A program made the position numbers and the translations under genes. From Octopus sinensis (lineage: Eukaryota), in assembly GCF_006345805.1 (NCBI RefSeq), contig NC_042998.1, positions 166,780,001 through 166,844,000 on the forward strand: a DNA stretch of 64,000 bases, in the 5' to 3' direction. The notes under the pieces were generated by a model. That model had not been told where the DNA came from, did not search any database, and was given only the letters and a program-made list of their open reading frames with translations. Shown here piece by piece: positions 54,569 to 64,000 of the stretch (position 1 is the stretch's first letter; each line of letters starts with the position of its first letter).

Positions 54569-54971
54569 TAGGCGCAGGAGTGGCTGTGTGGTAAGTAGCT
54601 TGCTAACCAACCACATGGTTCCGGGTTCAGTCCCACTGCGTGGCATCTTGGGCGAGTTTCTTCTGCTATAGCCTCGGGCCGACCAAAGCCTTGTGAGTGG
54701 ATTTGGTAGACGGAAACTGAAAGAAGCCTGTCGTATATATGTATATATATATATATGTATGTGTGTGTATATGTTTGTCCCTCTAGCATTGCTTGACAAC
54801 CGATGCTGGTGTGTTTACGTCCCCGTCACTTAGCGGTTCGGCAAAAGAGACCGATAGAATAAGTACTGGGCTTACAAAAGAATAAGTCCCGGGGTCGATT
54901 TTCTCGACTAAAGGTGGTGCTCCAGCATGGCCGCAGTCAAATGACTGAAACAAGTAAAAGAGTAAAAGAGT
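54569..54971 (+). mobile_element. SINE family A, full length and young
   Basis: Almost identical to the reverse complement of 18715-19132. Confidence 0.93.
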
Positions 54972-57737
54972 AACTCATTACAGGTACGTGAACAGCAACG
55001 CCAGGATTGAAAGTCCTACCTCAGTGCAAACCGATAAACGTAAGAAAGATGTATAGGGTTCATATTGTTCCTCAGAGAAGGAAGGCAATACGAAAGGGGA
55101 CTAGGCTTTTCTTTTGTCGTAATGAAGAGGAGACTAGAATACAGCTAGCCATACAAATATAAAAAGAGGTCGACTTTGCCCTTTTCCTTTGGGGCGGGGT
55201 CGATAAATTAAGTACCTATCAAACACTGGAGTCGATGTAATCTAAAATATTTCAGGTCTTGTGCCTATACTAGAAAAATATTATTATTCGGTTGTAAAGA
55301 ATAAAGAATAGAGGAGTAAAAGATCAGTGAGGTCACATAGTGGTTAAGATAATTAGTTAATGACTGGGTTACGATAATAGGTGGTAACTGAAGTATTGCT
55401 TTACCCATAATGTAATAAACATTACTTATTACGACTTGAAACGCTCATTCTGTGGAAGGTAGACAAGCTAAATACAAATGAACAGCTCATTACAGGTACG
55501 TGAACAGCAACGAGTTGAGTGCCGAAGTTATATGAACCCAATGATGAGTGGTGAGGTGTGGACGGGCAAAAAGAAAGGTTATGATTGAATGATTGTTAGT
55601 CGATAAGTTTTGTTGAGATATGATGAAACTCCTTTGATGGGCGGACCGCTATATTTGTGAAAGTTACATTATTATGTAAATTAAATCATTATCACCATCG
55701 TCGTCAAAATCACCACCATTAAAATCACAATCATCAACATCGCCATCGTCACCATTGCCATCATTATCATCCTCATCATCGTCATCACCACCACCACCAC
55801 CATCATCATTATCATTGGCAATTCACAACACATATAATTTGCACGTACAATCATAAACTATGGATATTTATGTAAATACCTTGGTCGTCATTAAGTCGTA
55901 AACATCTTTTTTAAAATCGTTGATCTGATTTTCGATTACTGTTAGAAACATCATCAGCTCCGTTGGTTAAGGGAACAAAACTTGAAAGAAGCCCTTCCAA
56001 TTGATCTAACACGTAAGCGGGTCATGTAACTATAGGTGTGTGTAATTCACAAACAAAAGCTTAAAACGTCATGTATATTTGTTAGTGACAATAGAAAAGG
56101 AGTTGTCAGGTTATATTATTCAATATAATCGTAATGAAGGCGGAGAATTTACCGAATCGTTAGAGCGCCGAATACATTACTTTGCGGTTTTCTTTCTGAC
56201 TCTCTACACTCTGAATTTAAATACTGCCGAGATCAACTTTACCTGTTATCTTTACGAAATCGATAAATAAAACGCCAATCTTTTGCTACGGTTTATCCTT
56301 CTCCCTTCTTCCCTCTTTCTCTTCCTTTGTGTGTGTGTGTGTGTGTGTCCACCCTTTCTCTGAGTTCCTTTTCTTCTCTTCCTTGCCCCTCTGTCATGAG
56401 GAAATCTACAGTAACCTGACCTGAAGAATTACGTACACTGGCAAGTTTAAAAGAACCCAAGACTCCTTGCCGCACAACGGTACCCCAATGACCTTATCAG
56501 GAGATTAGAACCCAAGGCAAGGTAATACAAACCTAACGTAGCCTTTGCTGTCATATTAGTAAGTTTGGGGGAAATCGCATCCGTAACCAGAGTTCAAATT
56601 TCTGGATGAATCGCTTTTGGAACTGTTTAGACATCAATTTCATACTTAATGGTTTCGCTAAATGAGTTTCAATACGAATGATGAGTTCACAACTGAGCAT
56701 ATCCACGCTATAGACTTCACATTTCATGCTTATGTACGTAACGATTATTATTTGATAAAAGAAGGTATATTTTATGTTTGAATGCTGGAACTTTTCAGAA
56801 TATACTGATACAGTTGGTAAGCTAAAGTAACATGGCACACACTTGAGTTAGCACCACCACCGTAACGGAATAAAAATAAAATAACAGCAATAAAACTTTC
56901 TATGGGGTACTTTAAGCGGTCGTTCAATCTGTTAGAAATTGCAACCCCATTTCATCTAAAATAAAATTACATCGACGTATAAAAGAAATTGGATACTTTC
57001 GCCCAAGTCACACTGTGCCTAAAAAACGACGATAACAATCTTCAGAAGTAAAAACCCCCGTAAGTGATTTTGCCTTTTATCGTTTCGGGATCGATAAAAA
57101 TAACGTTCAAATACGGAGCCGTGGGGTGAGGGGCTCAATGTAATCCATTTGTCCCCTCCTCTTAAAATTTCAGACCTTGAGCCCTACAACGGACCGGGGT
57201 CCCTTTCAGAAGCAATATTGTGATCGCGGTCATTTATACCCTATGAAAAGCGAGTAACCAACCACACGAGTCCTTGAGCTCGCGAAGTTTTTTTTTTCCA
57301 CAAGAACATCTCCCTTTTCAACTATTATACTGAATATGCCAATAGGATAAAAAAATAAATCCTTTAAAGTGTTCCCTGTTTTATTTAAGTACTTGTCCTT
57401 GAATAATATTTCTGTACATATCTTTATTTTTGTATCTGTTTTCCACGCTACTTTTTCCCTCCAAAATATATAGAATAATAACTGGAGTATTTTCATTCTT
57501 CCATAAAGTGATTTTCAGTTAATAGAGCGAGTCACAATTGTCATCAAATAAATTGTCTGCTTTTCTTCTCTATCAGAGCGATGTATTGCGGAGTACTTCA
57601 CATCTAAGTAATTCAATTTGCTGATAAATGTATGATGTATATGTATTTGGGTATACATATGTATATGTACAATGCCTATGTGTGACACACACACATGTAT
57701 GTATGTATGTATGTATGTATGTATGTATGTATGTATG

Positions 57738-57768
<31 letters not shown>

Positions 57769-58761
57769 GTATAGTATCGACGAATCACGTGTATATCAAC
57801 AAAAGAAGTCGACCTCAATATCGTTGAAAATAGAGGACAATTTATTAAATACCATAAGCATGTAGTTCTTACATTGAGAACTCCATGTTTCTGGATAGCA
57901 ATTTGATTGGCGCCGTTCTTCAGTTCTTGCAAGTGCGTTACACCATCACTCTAAAGTGGACTGTCCTTGATATTTAAACGGTTTAAGAGGAACAAGCAAT
58001 GCTGCTATGATTTATTATGAGATCTTGAGAAAACAGGCCCTTATATGTTCCTGTATGGTTAAAAGTTAAAATAAATTAAAGTAGAATATATTCAATAATT
58101 GAAAGGAAGTAAAATTAAAAATAAAAATCAATCAAAATTAAAAACTTATTTAAAAATTTAGAATATTAAAAATATTTTAAAAATTCAATATAATGATAAG
58201 ATGAAAATCAAAATTGTTTAAGTTTAGATTACCGTAACAAAAACAATTTTGAATTTTTGAAATTAAAAGTAAAAACTAAATAAGAATTAAAAATTAAATT
58301 ATGTTGAAAAAATTCTAAATTTAAAAAACGAAATTAAAACAATAAAGAATTAAAAATCAAATTATTAAAATTATTAAAAGTATTAAAAACTGAAAAATTT
58401 AATTAGAAATTTTATATTAATATGAAAAACTGAAATTTAAAATCATAAAAGAATAGCCACTGGAAAAGTTATAATATTGGCAGTGCCTCAATATGGTCTC
58501 AGCCTTTGGCCTCTAAACGCATAGAAGAATAAAAGAATAAACAATTGTGGGATTGTTATGTTTGGATATGGTGATATTTTGCCAACTAAACACACACACA
58601 CTATATGTTTCTTCTAAAGCTGAAGTAAAGACCAAGTGTGTATAGTGCGTGTGTTTCATTGCTAGAATATGACCAGCCCAAGTATAACAATATTTGTGTC
58701 AACGCACGATTTCACAACAAGAATCTTGCAAAACCAAATACATAAGTGTAATGATATGAGA

Positions 58762-58824
<63 letters not shown>

Positions 58825-58861
58825 TATATACATACACATATATACATACACATATATACCT

Positions 58862-58896
<35 letters not shown>

Positions 58897-58899
<3 letters not shown>

Positions 58900-59157
58900 T
58901 CAAATCCTTAAAAAGGTTTCAGCCCGAAGGCTGCGGCCATGCTGGGGCACCACCGCTGAATGAGCTACACTAATATGTGAATCTACCTCTGATACGTGGC
59001 ACTTGGTCAACAAGGGAGTTCGATGCCGCTGCCCGCATCTGTGTCTCCTGTCGTGAGGTAGGTTCATCTGGGACCCCCGACAAGAAGAGATCCAGTTTAG
59101 TTTTAAAGAAACCCACATCCACACCACGCAAGTCTCTCAGGCATTTAGGGAGGATAT
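58897..59157 (-). mobile_element. CR1-group (Zenon-like) LINE 3' end inserted in (TA)n
   Basis: [32 protein letters not shown]...[11 protein letters not shown], then a 3'UTR with a UUCG stem-loop and an (aggattt)n-like tail. Confidence 0.8.
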
Positions 59158-59340
59158 ACATATATATATATACATATATATATATATAGATACATATATA
59201 TATACATATATCTATATACATACATATATATATATATACATATATATTCATATATATATATATATACATATATATATAGAAATATATATTACATATATAT
59301 ATATGCAAATATATATATATATATTATATAATATATATAT

Positions 59341-59392
<52 letters not shown>

Positions 59393-59542
59393 TATATACA
59401 TATTATATATATATATATATATAGCAATTAAGGACAACCACTTAATAAGGAAAACTTAACAAGAAATTGTCAGGTAGATAGCGTAAAAACCTCATAAGAG
59501 AAAAAATTTCGAAAATAATTATTTCTTATTGAACATATTAAT

Positions 59543-59709
59543 TTATATATAGAGGGCAGTATACATACATGCCAGGAGGCATTCTACATACACGCCATAC
59601 GCTAAGAGGGACAATCAGTCATTGGTAGAAATGACTGATTGTCCTCTTAGCGTATGGCGTGTATGTAGAATGCCTCCTGGCATGTATGTATAATGCCCTC
59701 TATATATAA
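59543..59709. repeat. Near-perfect ~80-bp-arm hairpin with a 6-nt loop
   Basis: Arms 59543-59623 and 59630-59709 differ by one mismatch and one indel; loop ggtaga. Confidence 0.95.
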
Positions 59710-59730
59710 TATATATATATATATATATAG

Positions 59731-60562
59731 TGTGTATCACCCCATAAATGCGGTTTTTCAATTGCATGAACTAAAAGCCAGAGTGGGTCGGGATAAACTA
59801 CCTGCATCAACTTGCTATAAAAGCAGGTAGTAATCTTACCTTGCACTTATTCTTAGTGCAAGGTTTGAAGAGTGCAGCTCAATTTTAACAGTTATTTTAT
59901 CAAAGCTATAATGGAAGTGACAAAGGAACATATTCGGTATATTTTGCTTTATGAGTTCAATAAAAGCAACAACGCAACGGAAAGTGTCAACAGTGGTTCC
60001 AGAAATCCCGAGCCGGAAATTACAGCTTAGAAGACGAGCCTCGTCTTGGAAGATCTGTAGAGCTCGACAAGCAAATCCTGCAAACCTTGGTGGAACAAAA
60101 TTCCGTCGAAACTGTTGAGGAGCTAGCAGAGAAGCTTGGATTTGGTCATTCAACCATTCATCGACACCCGCGTACCATCGGAAAATGACCATCTTTGGTT
60201 TCAAGACGAAAGGTGTTCTTCCATCAGGATAATGCTCAGCCACATGCAGCGACATTCCAAAGGCTGGAGCAGTTTGAATGGTAATCGATGTCCACCCATC
60301 ATATTCGCCGGACATTGCCGCATCTGATTAGCATTTATTCCAGTCTTCAAAAGTATTTGGATGGAAAAAAATATGAATTCTGTAGACGAGGTCAGAACAG
60401 TACTCGAGGAGTATTGTTCGTCACGGACAAATGAATTTTGGAAGCGGGACCTTTTGGAAGCAGATAGATGGAAGAGCATTGTAGAGAATGAAGGAACTTT
60501 GTTCATCTCAATTTTGAAAAATAAAAGTATAAAAAAACGCATTATTTATGGGATGACTCAAT
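59731..60562 (+). mobile_element. Mariner element, internally deleted (copy 2, same family as 39634-40550)
   Basis: Same TIRs and MEVTKEHIRYILLYEF start; HQDNAQPH and PPIIFAGH-frame YSPD-like remnant. Confidence 0.92.
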
Positions 60563-60917
60563 ATATGTTATATATATATATATAAACAGCTAGGCGCAAT
60601 GTAATATCATAAAGGAAAAATTCAATCGTCACCAAGAGTGACTAGGGCCTACTCACCTACATTGCTAGAAATAAGAGTTAAAATACTCTTAATGCTGTGG
60701 GAAGAGCTCGGGTGCATACAACACATGCCGACATGGGAGGTAACCGCCCCTTGTCGTCTCAAAAATCCTGAGAGTAGACATTTTGTTTCGTCTCTTCCGT
60801 ATACATCGTCAGTGAGGACTGCTCGAACGGCACATATTTGGCTAATTTCGCCTGTCAGGCATGTGTGTATTTAACCATGTATGTATGTATGTATGTATGT
60901 ATATGTATGTATATATG

Positions 60918-60959
<42 letters not shown>

Positions 60960-60983
60960 TATATAATTATATATGTGTGTGTG

Positions 60984-61016
<33 letters not shown>

Positions 61017-61174
61017 TATATGTTTTTCCATGCTTTTTTTTAAATGCTCTCGTTTCTCATTTTGTCCACGTTTTTGACGTCCTAAACCCATATATGCATG
61101 TATATATACATATATATGTAGGCGTGTAAATGTATGTGTGTATATATACACACATATTATTTATATTATATATA

Positions 61175-61211
<37 letters not shown>

Positions 61212-61539
61212 GAGAAAGGGAGAGAGAGAGAGAGAGAGAATAGGTGTCTAAATATCTGGTGATCAATGATGATGTGTGGGTTTATCAGAAAATCTGAATA
61301 TGAACTATAGGGAAGTAAGAATGCATGCGAAACTATGTGGTCGCCTGTTTATAGCATACATAACACTACGCTAGGCTAGTCCACATATATTATCCTATAC
61401 ACGCCCACATACACGTGCATTCATGGTTCGTTCCATATGGGTTGATAAGCTTAACACGCAAAATAATATATAAGTAAATAATATAAGTTGACACGAACGA
61501 ATAACACTTAATATTAATAAACATGAACATGGTGACCTT

Positions 61540-62330
61540 GAGAGAATCGTTAGCGCACCGGGCAAAGTGCTTAGCGGCATTTTATCTGCCGTTACGTTCT
61601 GAGTTCAAATTCCGCCGAGATCGACTTTGCCTTTCATCCTTTCGGGGTCGATTATATAAGTACCAGTTACGCACTGGGGTCGATATAATCAACTTAATCC
61701 GTTTGTCTGTCCTTGTTTGTCCTCTCTGTGTTTAGCCCCTTGTGGGCAGTAAAGAAATAGGTATTTCGTCTGCCGCTACGTTCTGAGTTCAAATTCCGCC
61801 GAGGTCGACTTTGCCTTTCAGCCTTTCGGGGTCGATTAAATAACTACCAGCTACGCACTGGGGTCGATATAATCGACTTAATCCGTTTATCTGTCCTTGT
61901 TTGTTCTCTCTGTGTGTAGACCCCTGTGGGCAGTAAAGAAATTGGCATTTTGTCTGTCTTCATGTTCTGAGTTCCAATTCCGCCGAGGTCGACTTTGCCT
62001 TTTATCCTTTCAGGTCGATAAAATAAGTACCAGCGGAACACTAGGGTCGACGTAATCGACTAAACCCCACTCCCCGAAATGACTAGTCTTGTGCCGAAAT
62101 TTGAGATTAATCTTAATATGTATGAAGGCGACGGCCTGGAAGAATCGTTAGCACGCCGGGCAAAATGCTTAGCAGCATTGCGTCAGTCTTTATGTTCTGA
62201 GTTCAAATTCTGCCGAGGCTGACTTTGCCTGTTATCCTTTCGAGGACGATAAAATAAAAACCATTTGAACACTGGAGACGATGCAATCAACTTATACCCT
62301 CCTCCTTAATTTGTGACCAAGTGCCAAAAT
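61540..62330 (+). mobile_element. SINE family B trimer plus an adjacent monomer
   Basis: Same unit structure and junction as 52526-53080. Confidence 0.9.
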
Positions 62331-63099
62331 ATCATCGTAACACACACACCTGAAAAAATTATCAACAAAGCCGATTTTTTCAGCAAAAACTGCACCTCGA
62401 AGATCGACCCTTCACTTATAGACCAAAAATTACTTAACGCTTCCCCTTGCCCTCAAAAATATTACTGACACTCTAGAAGGCATCCACAACTGCACCACTC
62501 ACAAACGTACTCCTTCACAGAGAGCCCCAGTCTGTAACATATCTATCCTGTCTCATCTTTCTACCTTTTCTACCGATATTATAATGGCCTCTGTTCTTTG
62601 GAGCTAACTATTCTTGTTTCATCTCGACTAAGACCTCCTTACGACTTATTTCTCCTCTCATCATCCATGATGTGTCCAATATCCCAGACTTTGCTCTAAT
62701 CAATATTACTGGTTCTATCCCACTCTCACAACATTGACCTCCTGGAATCTTTGCCCCACTCTTGCTTTCCTTCGGATGTCAAAATGTGTCAGTTTGTAAA
62801 AGTTTACGCGAAACATTAACAGTAACGCTAATACTATAACCCCGAGCCGACCTTTGCATTATGAATGTATTTGGTAGTTGGACACTTGTGTGGAAGTCCG
62901 CCATATCTGTGGGTCTCTGTCTGAGTAATTATGTTTGTATTTCCCTTCCACCCACACCGCAAAATCCACGATAGAATAATTACCATATTTATCAAAAAGA
63001 AAACAGCATTGGGGTCGATTTGTTCGACTAAATCTTTCAAGGCGATGCCCCAGCAATGCCGCAGTACAATGACCGACGCGAATAAAAAAAAAAGATATA

Positions 63100-63515
63100 T
63101 CTGTGACAGTGTTTCTGCCGCATACGCTAACTATTCTAGATATATGAACGCTATTTAGCTAATTATTAAAGACTGGCAGACAGACACTTTGTTTCGTGTC
63201 TGTTACTCTCTTACCGCTACTACAACGTTCTTTTCTCAGCTGAGTTTTAGTTTAAGACAGATGGTCCCAATACGTTAATATATCCCCTCATTTCTATTAT
63301 GTCTCATTTCCCAGATCATACTCCGAACACGTCATTGAAACGTTTCCCCACCTAGAACTGTATCTTTTGTCTGTGTTCTTTCCGTTTGTCGTCCAGACCT
63401 AAAACCTACAGCTGTTCAAACAGAACATCAATCGCATCAACTTCTTCGGTTTCTAGAGCCTGCGAAGGTCATCAACGTTGCCTGTCTTTCTCTGACGAAT
63501 ATATTAATAAAAACA
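63100..63515 (+). mobile_element. Highly decayed CR1/Jockey-group LINE 3' remnant
   Basis: Remnant SVFFP....NLQLFKQNINRI followed by an A-rich end. Confidence 0.4.
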
Positions 63516-64000
63516 GCTGTACTACAATAATGACTTTTGAAAAGATATAAATACCAAAAACCCTTCCTTTTTTTTATTTTACTTTTTGCATTTCCCCAAA
63601 TATGCCTCATCAAAACATTAGTATTAATACAATTACTGAAATTTTAAGGTGACGAGTTGGCAAAATCGTTAGCACACAGGGCAAAAAATAATGCTTAATG
63701 GCGTTTCGTCCGTCTCAAATTCCGCCGATGAAAACATTACTTTTCACCCCTTTCGGGGGGTGAACAGAGTATTACATGAGTAAGTTCTACAATATGTGTG
63801 GAAAAAGAGAGCTTAAAATTTGGTATGAATTAAACACACAAAATTGTAGATTATACGAAAACACAATTTAGACAGAAAATTAAAGCAAACTAAAAACAAG
63901 TTACGTAACCCACCCACACATAGGAGAGAGCAACTAACTCGGGGGTAAAACGCTCTATGACTGCCTAACTACCACTCGTCATACTGAAACACAGTACACC

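Noticed and set aside
54930-54962. SINE A tail cagtc-aaat-gactGAAACaaGTAaaaga resembling half a hammerhead
   Set aside because: There is no CUGANGA upstream; it is better explained as the LINE recognition stem-loop.
54500-55500. Duplicated in-frame peptide HYLLRLE...NEQLITG ending at CAG|GTACGT, as possible tandem exons
   Set aside because: Both copies have an upstream in-frame stop, differences are mostly non-synonymous, and one copy is broken by a SINE.
58070-58450. Extremely A/T-rich block
   Set aside because: Low complexity, with no periodic unit or termini that I could define.
1-64000. Numerous ORFs rich in YI/HT/CV/LS repeats or recurring peptides such as [10 protein letters not shown]
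   Set aside because: They are translations of microsatellites and SINE copies, not genes.

Overview
Eukaryotic, very AT-rich and microsatellite-dense intergenic or intronic DNA. The SINE families and (TA)n/(CA)n density suggest an Octopus-type cephalopod genome (inference). No host protein-coding gene is supported, and almost all listed ORFs are artefacts of microsatellites or SINEs. The window is a transposon graveyard. It holds at least four tRNA-derived SINE families (dozens of copies) and non-LTR fragments of RTE, HERO, R4/Dong, Tx1/L1-like and CR1-like clades. DNA elements include decayed MULE, Chapaev3-like and three mariner transposons, two non-autonomous Helitrons and several MITEs. 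There is one 100-N scaffold gap. The most interesting signals are: (1) short inserts in (TA)n tracts carrying minimal or variant hammerhead-ribozyme motifs and long fold-backs (Penelope-like/retrozyme-like); (2) a young RTE copy with a twin-priming-type 5' inversion; (3) two SINE-LINE 3'-tail partnerships, with both partners visible in the window; (4) head-to-tail SINE concatemers with a fixed junction. Coordinates were read by eye and may be off by a few bases.
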